Shown: positions 25,168 through 32,352 of the stretch, one piece after another
Layout of the letters: every line of letters begins with the position of its first letter
How positions within the stretch are numbered: the stretch's first letter is position 1
Virus record (IMG/VR): IMGVR_UViG_3300025103_000091
Location: 1 to 32,352 of that record
DNA from: a virus
Lineage: Duplodnaviria; Caudoviricetes
DNA length: 32,352 nt
Strand: one strand, 5' to 3'
The notes under the pieces: model-generated
Told to the model about the DNA's origin: nothing
The model's database searches: none
Seen by the model: only the letters and a program-made list of their open reading frames with translations
Translations under genes and position numbers: made by a program

Positions 25168-25474
25168 CTAAAAATAAAGGTTGTTCAATAAATTGTCTAA
25201 TGTCGTGCGTCTCTGTAGCTTTACCATAAGCTGAGTTCATCAGCTCAAGATATGCGCGAACGTCTCCTGATCGTGCGTTTTTAATTAATGCTAGCGTCAT
25301 TATGTCTTCTTGAGACATTGCTTCTTCTTCCTGCGTAATAGGATTTAAAAACGTTTGTTTCGTATTTAGCCAACGCTTTGCAATTGTATTTCTGTTCAGC
25401 TTGCCTTTAGGTCTTCCTTTAGGATTTCCTGACTCGCCTTTTTTCCAATTCTTTAAGTTGTTATTATTTGCCAT
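25118..25474 (-). CDS. terS: Terminase small subunit
   Basis: NL..WKKGESGNPKGRPKG N-terminus and GDVRA motif; overlaps terL. Confidence 0.75.
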   Translation of the reverse strand: MANNNNLKNWKKGESGNPKGRPKGKLNRNTIAKRWLNTKQTFLNPITQEEEAMSQEDIMTLALIKNARSGDVRAYLELMNSAYGKATETHDIRQFIEQPLFLDVSENDSNKKDTKIKP

Positions 25475-26843
25475 TTTCTCGCTGTTTCTTCGTTGTTTTT
25501 ATATATGTATCGAGCTTAATATTATAATCAAAGTTTGATTGATTTAAAATAAGTTTAAGCTTTAAGTTTGGGAAGCTTTGACTTGCATAACCTAACTTAT
25601 AAACTTGTTTTCTAAATTCTTTTAATGTTATTTGATTACAACTATCTAAGAGGTTTTTTAATTTCAGCTTACTTGTTTGACAATTCATTCTGTCTAATAT
25701 ATTATTAAACTTCGGTTTGCATAACTCATTAAACATTAAATCAATGTTTTCCGTGTGTTTAGACAAGCTTAAGCGATCTTTATTATATTTTTTATACTCT
25801 CGTTCATTATTTATAATTAAAGCCTTTAAAATGTCTCTTTGCTCTTTAAGTGTATTAAACAAATAAGGATAGTCTTCGCCGACAAGTTCGGGGAACGTGC
25901 AGCGATTTGGTAAAATAACCACTTGATTATTCATTATGCTTTCAGCTATACTAATACAGAAAGTTTCATGAACGCTGTTAATTGTGTTTGCATGACATCT
26001 TGAAAGCTCTTGTATATACTCATCATGCAACGTAAATGATTTTACTATTGTATAAGGTTTTGAGCTAGCGACTGAAATATTTGCTTTGTCTCCTGCTGTC
26101 AGTATAACTTGAAACTCCAACCCCTCATCATATAAAGAATCAAAAATTTCAAATGTTTCTTTCCATTGTTTATAGCCGTCAAGTCTATGATTATAAATAA
26201 AAGTAAATTTGTCGTATTTAGGCAGGCTTTTAATTTCTTCTGTATAACCTCCTAACTTAACAATGCTTTTATTTTGCAAGTAGATTATTTGTTTTGTTGT
26301 CAATACGTCTTCAGCTTCTTCAATTAACATATTAAAACAATGCTGAGAATGAAAAAAGTTTTTGTTTGCACAAAGAGAGCCAATAATCTGATCATATAAA
26401 ATATGACGCGCTAATTCATAAGAACTTCGTTTGTTCGGTAAGCTTCTGTGTATTACATAATGGTGGTAGTTAAAGACTTTGGTTCTGTAAGCGTCTTCGC
26501 TCACGTCTTCGAAATATGAAAAATGATGCCCTTGTTCGACTACATTATTCCAAATCATATCGAAAGCATATTTCGAATAAATTTGTCTGAACAAATTAGC
26601 GTTAAAATGGATTACTTGATGTTTTTTTGATGAAGGCAAAGGAATTTTTATCAACTTTATTAATTTATTCAAATCGTCTTTTATATATTTTCGATTTGAA
26701 TCTAAAAGAAGAAAGAAATTAAAACGCTTTGTTTTTACTAATTCATTACAAAGCTGCTTAATTATTACATAATTGCTGTCTGCGTTTATTACATCAACAG
26801 AAAACATCGGATAAATTAAAACATTTAGCTTTTTATCTTGCAT
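25464..26843 (-). CDS. Glycosyltransferase, GT-B fold (GT4-like)
   Basis: FIYNHRL..YK, ETFCISIAE (EX7E motif) and PNRCTFPEL. Confidence 0.8.
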   Translation of the reverse strand: MQDKKLNVLIYPMFSVDVINADSNYVIIKQLCNELVKTKRFNFFLLLDSNRKYIKDDLNKLIKLIKIPLPSSKKHQVIHFNANLFRQIYSKYAFDMIWNNVVEQGHHFSYFEDVSEDAYRTKVFNYHHYVIHRSLPNKRSSYELARHILYDQIIGSLCANKNFFHSQHCFNMLIEEAEDVLTTKQIIYLQNKSIVKLGGYTEEIKSLPKYDKFTFIYNHRLDGYKQWKETFEIFDSLYDEGLEFQVILTAGDKANISVASSKPYTIVKSFTLHDEYIQELSRCHANTINSVHETFCISIAESIMNNQVVILPNRCTFPELVGEDYPYLFNTLKEQRDILKALIINNEREYKKYNKDRLSLSKHTENIDLMFNELCKPKFNNILDRMNCQTSKLKLKNLLDSCNQITLKEFRKQVYKLGYASQSFPNLKLKLILNQSNFDYNIKLDTYIKTTKKQRENGK

Positions 26844-27355
26844 ATTATTTCAGGATAGGTTTTAATAAATTTCTCAAAGTCATCATGCGCAAGCTCAAAC
26901 TCTTGTCTGCTCATTGACATATTTATGACAACATCGCCTGAAGCAAGAGCGTCTTGACTTTCGTCAAAGGTTTCGTCTTCAAAAGAGTCTTGCATGCTGA
27001 CAACATCTAAACCCCAGTCAAGAAGGCTTTCAGAATCCCATTCGTTTGCAAGCATATCCCATTCCCATTGTCCGAAAGTGACGTTGTCTTTTATTATAAA
27101 TTGTCTTTTCTGTTCTTCAGTCCAATCAGTGACTATTTCGCACCAAACCTCTTTCAAGCCTGCATGTTCGCAAGCTTTGAGTCTCATGTTTCCTCCGAGA
27201 ATTGTTCCTTCTTCGTCTACCACAATAGGTCGTTTCTCAAGCATTTCAGGGAATTCTTTTATTGATTTAACAAGTTGCAGATATTTATCTTGCTTTATGT
27301 AACGAGGATTAATTTCGTTTGTTTTTATTTTCTTAATTGGAACTTTGCGTTTCAT
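26825..27355 (-). CDS. ParB/Srx-like N-terminal domain protein
   Basis: NPR.I, LVKSIKEFP, RPIVVD, ILGGNMRLKA and IKDN...GQW motifs. Confidence 0.9.
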   Translation of the reverse strand: MKRKVPIKKIKTNEINPRYIKQDKYLQLVKSIKEFPEMLEKRPIVVDEEGTILGGNMRLKACEHAGLKEVWCEIVTDWTEEQKRQFIIKDNVTFGQWEWDMLANEWDSESLLDWGLDVVSMQDSFEDETFDESQDALASGDVVINMSMSRQEFELAHDDFEKFIKTYPEIICKIKS

Positions 27356-27731
27356 AATCTTTTATTAAGTTTTTAATTTCAGTTACTAAACCCCATACAC
27401 ACGGAGAACAACTGCTGAAGGTTTTCTTTTTGTTTAATGTATTGTTATAAATTTGCAGCAAACTCCTTTGAGTAGCAGCAGAAACTCTTGAGCTTTGACT
27501 TAGGCTGTCAATCGCAACATTGTCTTTTAAAAACAAATAATCTTTTTGACTTAGTTTTGATTTACTATTATAAGGGAACATCTTGTTCAAAGCTTCTTTT
27601 CTAGCTCCACAATTGCAAGGCTTTCCTGTTGCTTTTGAAATTTTATCAACTACTTTTTTAATGCCTGTCGCTTTTGTGATCTTTTCAATAGTATCGCCGA
27701 GCCCTTTGCTTTTAGTTTTCTTTATAGTCAT
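27333..27731 (-). CDS. Hypothetical protein with Cys motifs (possible Zn binding)
   Basis: SKGLGDTIEKITKATGIK, CNC..RKE.LN..FPY and CSPC motifs. Confidence 0.75.
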   Translation of the reverse strand: MTIKKTKSKGLGDTIEKITKATGIKKVVDKISKATGKPCNCGARKEALNKMFPYNSKSKLSQKDYLFLKDNVAIDSLSQSSRVSAATQRSLLQIYNNTLNKKKTFSSCSPCVWGLVTEIKNLIKDYETQSSN

Positions 27732-28236
27732 ATAATTTTAGTTTTAATAATTCTTTACAATTATTTATTTTTATTCTGATCGTCGAAGTGCTTCTTCCTA
27801 ATTTTTTTGACAGCTTTCTTATTGAAGGAATTTCATATAAATACAAAGACAGAATGTCTCCCTCAGGTATTTGTTGCAATTCTCTTTTCATGCTTTTAAT
27901 TATTTCTTCTTGCAATTGATGATCTTTTTTCTTTTCGCTTTGTATTATCTCAGCAAATTGATAATCAAGTCGAGACGTTCGAAGGTTCTTTTTTCTGTAA
28001 TCATTTGAAATCAAGCTTCTTAGTATTTTAAAAACATAATTTTTGTTAATTTGATTTGTCTCATTATAAAATTTGTCGCAGTCGAAAGAAGTGCTTTCAA
28101 GGATTACGCAATACATTGTTTGAACAAAGTCTTCAGCGGAGCTCCGTTGTTTTTCAGTGTAAGCGTTCTTAAGTACATAAAGAATCCATTCTTCATGGTA
28201 AAGAGATATGTCTGAAATTGTTTTATCGATATTCAT
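27712..28236 (-). CDS. ECF-like sigma factor 1 (candidate middle sigma)
   Basis: Region 2 AEDFVQTMY and YVFKILRSLISNDYRK; region 4 HTH SIRKLSKKLGRSTSTIRIKINNCK. Confidence 0.75.
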   Translation of the reverse strand: MNIDKTISDISLYHEEWILYVLKNAYTEKQRSSAEDFVQTMYCVILESTSFDCDKFYNETNQINKNYVFKILRSLISNDYRKKNLRTSRLDYQFAEIIQSEKKKDHQLQEEIIKSMKRELQQIPEGDILSLYLYEIPSIRKLSKKLGRSTSTIRIKINNCKELLKLKLYDYKEN

Positions 28237-28583
28237 TGAACAAGAACTAATTCAGCTTCAGGCTCTAGCTCTTGCAATAAAGCTTCAGTTAATTTCCATT
28301 TTAAACGCCATAAATCTGTCGCAAATCCCTTGACTTCTATAAGCTGAACGCTGTCATCAGCAAGAACAATTTTAAAATCCATATAATAATTACAAATCTT
28401 TTTACCCTTAACATAAAGTTCAAGCTTGTATTGTGGAATTATTTCTTTGATTTCTCCTGCAAGCTGTCTATAGTGCAGGTCTTTGGCGTAAGCAGCTTCT
28501 TTTTTTGAGTGATATGAACGACCATTGAAAGTCTGTCTGACTGCCTTATACTTGTTGCGAGTTTGGTATTTTTTTGTGTACAC
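28233..28583 (-). CDS. DUF1064-like PD-(D/E)XK endonuclease
   Basis: NKYKA, SKKEA, Y.MDF and EVKG motifs; GTG start. Confidence 0.8.
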   Translation of the reverse strand: MYTKKYQTRNKYKAVRQTFNGRSYHSKKEAAYAKDLHYRQLAGEIKEIIPQYKLELYVKGKKICNYYMDFKIVLADDSVQLIEVKGFATDLWRLKWKLTEALLQELEPEAELVLVQ

Positions 28584-28685
28584 TACTTATTAAAAAAGTA
28601 GTTCAGAATTTGTTTATATAAAATTAGAAATACAAAAACGGAATATGCAAATATTTATTTCAAAGTTTTTAACCAACTTTTAACA

Positions 28686-28844
28686 TTAACGTTTTAAAAA
28701 CCATTCGCGATCAACTTTTTTGACTTCGCTCCATGTTTTGCAATAGGTACAAATACCCTCAGGCTTTTCGTTTTCTGTTTTGCAGTTCCAAAGAATCGGC
28801 ATACCACAGCACGTCGAAATTAAAAGATATTTATCTTGCATCAT
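28686..28844 (-). CDS. Small zinc-ribbon-like protein, 52 aa (not in supplied track)
   Basis: MMQDKYLLISTCCGMPILWNCKTENEKPEGICTYCKTWSEVKKVDREWFLKR; S.CCG...GIC..CK pattern. Confidence 0.75.
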   Translation of the reverse strand: MMQDKYLLISTCCGMPILWNCKTENEKPEGICTYCKTWSEVKKVDREWFLKR

Positions 28845-28942
28845 TTAGTTATTAAAATATATATCAACACAATTAGAAAGCCTATATATGAAAAGGCTGT
28901 CATTTGATACTTTGATTTGAGTTTTTCTTCTTGTTTATTCAT
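28841..28942 (-). CDS. Small membrane peptide, 33 aa (not in supplied track)
   Basis: MNKQEEKLKSKYQMTAFSYIGFLIVLIYILITK; overlaps both neighbours. Confidence 0.6.
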   Translation of the reverse strand: MNKQEEKLKSKYQMTAFSYIGFLIVLIYILITK

Positions 28943-29237
28943 TGCTTAATTTTTGAACTGATTCAATTATTTCTTCGCGCAAGAGCTTCCTGTTAAATTT
29001 GTCAGCACTGATTGAAGCATCAATTAAAGCAGGGAGAAAATTCATCATTGTTTCGGCATTTATTATAAAGAATCTTTGAATTTTAACATACTTGCCTTCT
29101 TCATTAAGAATATAATTATCAAAGGCAAGCGTCAGCTCCCCGTCAAGTTCATAAACGCTGTTGAATTCATGAACGTAAGTCAGCTCAAGCTGTCGTGCAA
29201 GTTCTTTTCTGATTTGTTTCTGCGTAAGGTTTTTCAT
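28935..29237 (-). CDS. Hypothetical protein, 100 aa
   Basis: Coupled ORF in the early operon. Confidence 0.7.
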   Translation of the reverse strand: MKNLTQKQIRKELARQLELTYVHEFNSVYELDGELTLAFDNYILNEEGKYVKIQRFFIINAETMMNFLPALIDASISADKFNRKLLREEIIESVQKLSNE

Positions 29238-29419
29238 TTTATTAGTTTTAAATCTAACTCTTTAGCTACATAATTAATATGTTTTTGAGTAGTCCTGCTC
29301 CAAGTTCCGAGTTGACGCAATGTATTGCCCTCGATTATAGCGACTAGCGTCGTATAAGAATAAATAAAATTATCAATCCTTAAAAGGTTCATTTTATACT
29401 TGTCAAATTTGTATATCAT
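29234..29419 (-). CDS. Hypothetical protein, 61 aa
   Basis: SY.T.VA...WSRTTQKHINY pattern; good start context. Confidence 0.7.
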   Translation of the reverse strand: MIYKFDKYKMNLLRIDNFIYSYTTLVAIIEGNTLRQLGTWSRTTQKHINYVAKELDLKLIK

Positions 29420-29429
29420 TTTATTAATT

Positions 29430-29897
29430 TTAAAAGTTAGACCATTGATTTTTTTCTCTTAAGTGTTTCTCATAAGAAGCTTGTTCAATTAATTCAAATC
29501 GTTCAGCATTATATTGATTAAGCTGAGACATTATTTTTTCGATTGAAATACTTTCATAATATTGTCCGTAATCGCCTCGAATTATTTTTCTAAAAAAATA
29601 GCCAAGATCACCCATATTTAAATGAGCGTAATCCTCCACAATTAAAGCAGCACAAAGTCGAATTTGAGTCTCGCTCATCGGACGCTTTACGTCAAGCAAT
29701 TGATTTAAATGAATTAACCATAACTTAATTAAAGCAATCATTTTTGTTTTGCCTTCTTCACGAATAATTAAATTTAATGAAGGAGTCTTGCTGTCAATTG
29801 CATCTTGATATGACTTTAGTTTAATTATATCAAAATTAGTCGGATTGTAATTCGTTAAATATTTCGTCTTTGAGTTCTTCACTATATTTTTTGTCAT
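29430..29897 (-). CDS. Replication-associated protein (possible helicase-loader analogue)
   Basis: Directly follows and overlaps the initiator gene; G.YG..Y motif. Function inferred from position. Confidence 0.55.
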   Translation of the reverse strand: MTKNIVKNSKTKYLTNYNPTNFDIIKLKSYQDAIDSKTPSLNLIIREEGKTKMIALIKLWLIHLNQLLDVKRPMSETQIRLCAALIVEDYAHLNMGDLGYFFRKIIRGDYGQYYESISIEKIMSQLNQYNAERFELIEQASYEKHLREKNQWSNF

Positions 29898-30639
29898 TGT
29901 TTAAATTTTTATTGTGTAGTTTTAAATCCTTTTTTGGATAGAATCCTTTCCAACCATTAGCCATTGAATTAATAATTGACTCTATTGCGTGAGACATGTC
30001 TCTTGTTGAGTTTGCAAGCTGAGTCAAAGCTGCTTGCTCGCTCGCTTTAGATTTGTAATTAAACTTAAATTCAATTTTTTTATAATTTTTCCACTGCTGC
30101 CAAATAGATTTGAAAGTTTCGTCTTCAAAAGGATAAACAACTTTGATTTCTTCTTCTTCTTCTTTCTTCTTTCTTCTTACTTCTATAGAAGTGTTTTGTT
30201 TTGGGTTAATGTTTGGGTTTTTATTAGGTTTTTTTTCAGAGTATTTAGGACGTCCACCTTTACTTCCGTTTAGTCGTTGTTTTCTATAAAAAAGGATTTG
30301 TTGAAGCATCGTATCAAATAAACGCTGATTAATTACGCAGTCGTCAGAAGTTGAAAAAACTCCTTTATATTTAACAAATTTTTCTTTAACTATTGAAGGA
30401 AGTTTTTCCCATGTAAGCCTTGAATCATTCAGCAGAATTCCAACTCTTGATTTTTGAATTACTCTTTTACTCCACTGAACAGACAAAAGAGTTATATATA
30501 TGCCTCTTTCGTTCATGTTCATGTCCATTGCTCCTGTCAGAAAATCTTGAGCGTAAAACTGAAAAGAGGGAGCTTTTTGTCGATGCTTGTCTTCTTCTTT
30601 AGCTTGCTTTTCTTCTTTTATGCTGTAGTTTTTTTTCAT
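29836..30639 (-). CDS. Replication initiator, DUF1376/YdaU-like N-terminus
   Basis: P.FQFY..DFL, ERG.YI.LL..QW and NG.KGGRP motifs; low-complexity linker; C-terminal helical domain. Confidence 0.75.
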   Translation of the reverse strand: MKKNYSIKEEKQAKEEDKHRQKAPSFQFYAQDFLTGAMDMNMNERGIYITLLSVQWSKRVIQKSRVGILLNDSRLTWEKLPSIVKEKFVKYKGVFSTSDDCVINQRLFDTMLQQILFYRKQRLNGSKGGRPKYSEKKPNKNPNINPKQNTSIEVRRKKKEEEEEIKVVYPFEDETFKSIWQQWKNYKKIEFKFNYKSKASEQAALTQLANSTRDMSHAIESIINSMANGWKGFYPKKDLKLHNKNLNNDKKYSEELKDEIFNELQSD

Positions 30640-31052
30640 TTGTTTAGAATTTCATTATTTGAAATATTCATATCTGTTGCAAGTTCAGAAATTATTTTTT
30701 GTTGCTTCATTGTTAAATGATGCCAAACAAGTATAAGATTATCAAAATAATTACTTGATTTTTTACCTAACATATTTAAGCAAATTTCTAAACAATATTT
30801 ATAAGCGTCTCGAAGCTCTGCTTCTTGTTTTTTTAATTCTTCAAAATTTTTTAAGTAGTGCGTAATCATACAATGAGAAACGCCTATTTGTGCGCCAATT
30901 TCTTTATGCGTTTTCTTAGGACATATTTTTTTTGCAAGTGCAGAATAAATTCTTCTAGCATCAACAACGCGACGAAGTCGACTTCTTTGCTGAATGTCGC
31001 AGTCTTTTATTGAATTAACAACTTCAATAATTTGTTTTAAATCGTTGTACAT
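30636..31052 (-). CDS. DnaA domain IV-like HTH protein
   Basis: SR.R.VVDARRI, EIG..IG.SH..I.H....F pattern. The ATG at 31052 with an A-rich leader is preferred over the GTG at 31076. Confidence 0.65.
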   Translation of the reverse strand: MYNDLKQIIEVVNSIKDCDIQQRSRLRRVVDARRIYSALAKKICPKKTHKEIGAQIGVSHCMITHYLKNFEELKKQEAELRDAYKYCLEICLNMLGKKSSNYFDNLILVWHHLTMKQQKIISELATDMNISNNEILNK

Positions 31053-31144
31053 ATTTTTTTTTATTTTTGCAAGCACAGGGGGGCGAGAGTGTGCTTGCTG
31101 TTGAAACTAAATTCTAAACTAAAATAATAAAAACCCCCGTTTTT

Positions 31145-31582
31145 TTATGCTAATTGATTTATTAAGCGATCGATTCTTCTGATTTCTTTTTTAAGTACTT
31201 CAAAAGTATATGTTGAAACACCTCTGTTTTTGTCTCTGACGAGCTGATCTTTTTGCGTTCTTAATTCAACAAAAGCTTTGTTTGTTTGAAAAATTCTCCA
31301 ATCCGAATTTGTTACGCGCCAAATCGTTCGATAATTGCCTGTATGAATACAACGTTTGCTGCCGTCTCCTGAAATATAAAACATTGATTTTAATTCGCTG
31401 AGACGTCCTGAAACTTGATTTATTGGCATTTTTGTCTTGTCAACAATTTCTTCAGAAGTTAAGCCTTTAGGATATAATTTTAAAACATTTAAAAGCAATT
31501 GTCTTTTCTCTGACAACTTAGGCTGTGCCTTTTTAAATGATTCGTTTCTGTTGAGTGTAGAGGTTTCCATATTAGTGATCAT
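31145..31582 (-). CDS. Winged-helix DNA-binding protein
   Basis: GLTSEEI...MPINQVSGRLSELK motif followed by wing strands. Confidence 0.75.
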   Translation of the reverse strand: MITNMETSTLNRNESFKKAQPKLSEKRQLLLNVLKLYPKGLTSEEIVDKTKMPINQVSGRLSELKSMFYISGDGSKRCIHTGNYRTIWRVTNSDWRIFQTNKAFVELRTQKDQLVRDKNRGVSTYTFEVLKKEIRRIDRLINQLA

Positions 31583-31587
31583 TTTAA

Positions 31588-32226
31588 TTAAAAAGGTAAA
31601 TTGTCAGTCATTCCTTCAGTGTAGTCGTCTTGCATGCAGTCGTCATTCTCGTCATTAAACTGCTTTTCTTTAAACTCAGGCGTTTCTTTTATTTTATCTT
31701 GCAACCATACAGGGAAGCTGTTTAAAACGTCTAACGCAAAATTAGTATCATAATCCCAAACTAAAGGCTGATTGATCATTGGAGGCACTTCTAAGCCTTT
31801 AGGGACGCTCGAGACTCCTTGAACGTTTGCATAAGTATTGCCCTTCGCTGATACTTTATGAACAATTGTAACCATGCAGGCGCGACCTATATAAGAAGCA
31901 ACATCAAGATCAAGCATTTCGTCTTCAGAAAATACTTTATTCTCTAAAGCTCCAAGATGAATCATAAGTTTAGCCTTTTCATATCTTGAAAGATTATATT
32001 CTAATGAAACAACCATTGGCTGTTCTCCCTTTTCTTCGTTAAATACGCGCAGCTCTGTCGGTAATTCAAAAGTAATTTCGACAGCGTGCTTATGTTTTTC
32101 TTCGCCTAAATACATATAAGAGGTGCGTCCTATTTCAATAATTCTGACGATTCTAGCTGCATGAGTGCCTGAAGGTACTAACTCGCGTTTAGCAGAGCTT
32201 TCTTGTTTTTTTAATTTAATTGCCAT
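31588..32226 (-). CDS. Putative ssDNA-binding/replication protein (OB-fold-like)
   Basis: LVP.GTH.AR...I..G and FELP motifs; acidic tail ending DNLPF as in SSBs. Confidence 0.7.
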   Translation of the reverse strand: MAIKLKKQESSAKRELVPSGTHAARIVRIIEIGRTSYMYLGEEKHKHAVEITFELPTELRVFNEEKGEQPMVVSLEYNLSRYEKAKLMIHLGALENKVFSEDEMLDLDVASYIGRACMVTIVHKVSAKGNTYANVQGVSSVPKGLEVPPMINQPLVWDYDTNFALDVLNSFPVWLQDKIKETPEFKEKQFNDENDDCMQDDYTEGMTDNLPF

Positions 32227-32352
32227 TTTTTTTTCTTTTTTTATTTATATTATTTTAAAATCTTTTGCGCGTCTAGTGTGTGCGTAAAAAGGAGCTTTGC
32301 GCAGAGCTTCTTTCTCGTTTTTTGCCATAACAACAACTTCAGAAACGTCGTA
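32216..32352. repeat. Right copy of terminal direct repeat
   Basis: 137-bp match to 1-136 with a single-T insertion. Confidence 0.95.

Noticed and set aside
28640-28680. Possible second host-type promoter (AATATTTG) upstream of the DUF1064-like and sigma 1 genes
   Set aside because: It mismatches the conserved TA of TAnnTTTG and has a weak -33 box in very AT-rich DNA. Plausible but not supportable.
31053-31076. GTG start for the DnaA-C-like ORF
   Set aside because: It is buried in a 9-bp hairpin stem; the ATG at 31052 follows an A-tract like other genes here.
5-31658. All plus-strand ORFs in the supplied track (e.g. 15851-16123, 16889-17299, 19031-19342)
   Set aside because: They lie antisense to well-supported minus-strand genes, lack recognisable motifs and look like codon-bias shadows.
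1-32352. Stop-codon reassignment, tRNAs, CRISPR array, integrase/lysogeny module
   Set aside because: ORFs tile the genome under the standard code with TAA, TGA and TAG all used as stops. No cloverleaf, spaced repeat array, or recombinase/repressor motifs were found by eye.

Overview
The window is an apparently complete, circularly closed ~32.2 kb genome of a tailed (siphovirus-like) phage. Positions 1-136 recur at 32216-32352. Essentially all credible genes lie on the minus strand. The host is inferred to be Bacteroidota (Flavobacteriia-like) from a perfect TTTG-N20-TAnnTTTG promoter, A-rich Shine-Dalgarno-less starts and signal peptides with Gln at +1. Gene order in transcription direction: early/replication genes (SSB-like, wHTH, DnaA-C-like, DUF1376-type initiator, DUF1064-type nuclease), ECF-like sigma 1, ParB-like protein, glycosyltransferase, TerS, TerL, ECF-like sigma 2, tail chaperone with a -1 frameshift site, tail genes, tape measure, XkdF-like protease, three tandem paralogues, scaffold, major capsid, tail tube, portal, adaptor, lectin-like fibres, a three-gene envelope cassette, M15 endolysin, holin and a metallophosphoesterase. 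No integrase, DNA polymerase, tRNA or CRISPR was seen. The most interesting observations are (1) two phage-encoded ECF-like sigma factors plus two distinct fixed-spacer bipartite upstream motifs, suggesting a sigma cascade; (2) a membrane coiled coil + CxxC-less thioredoxin-like + outer-membrane beta-barrel cassette next to the lysis genes in a genome with no recognisable spanin; (3) a ParB-glycosyltransferase-terminase locus; and (4) a paralogue triplet in the head module. All functional calls come from motif recognition by eye; no database search was run.
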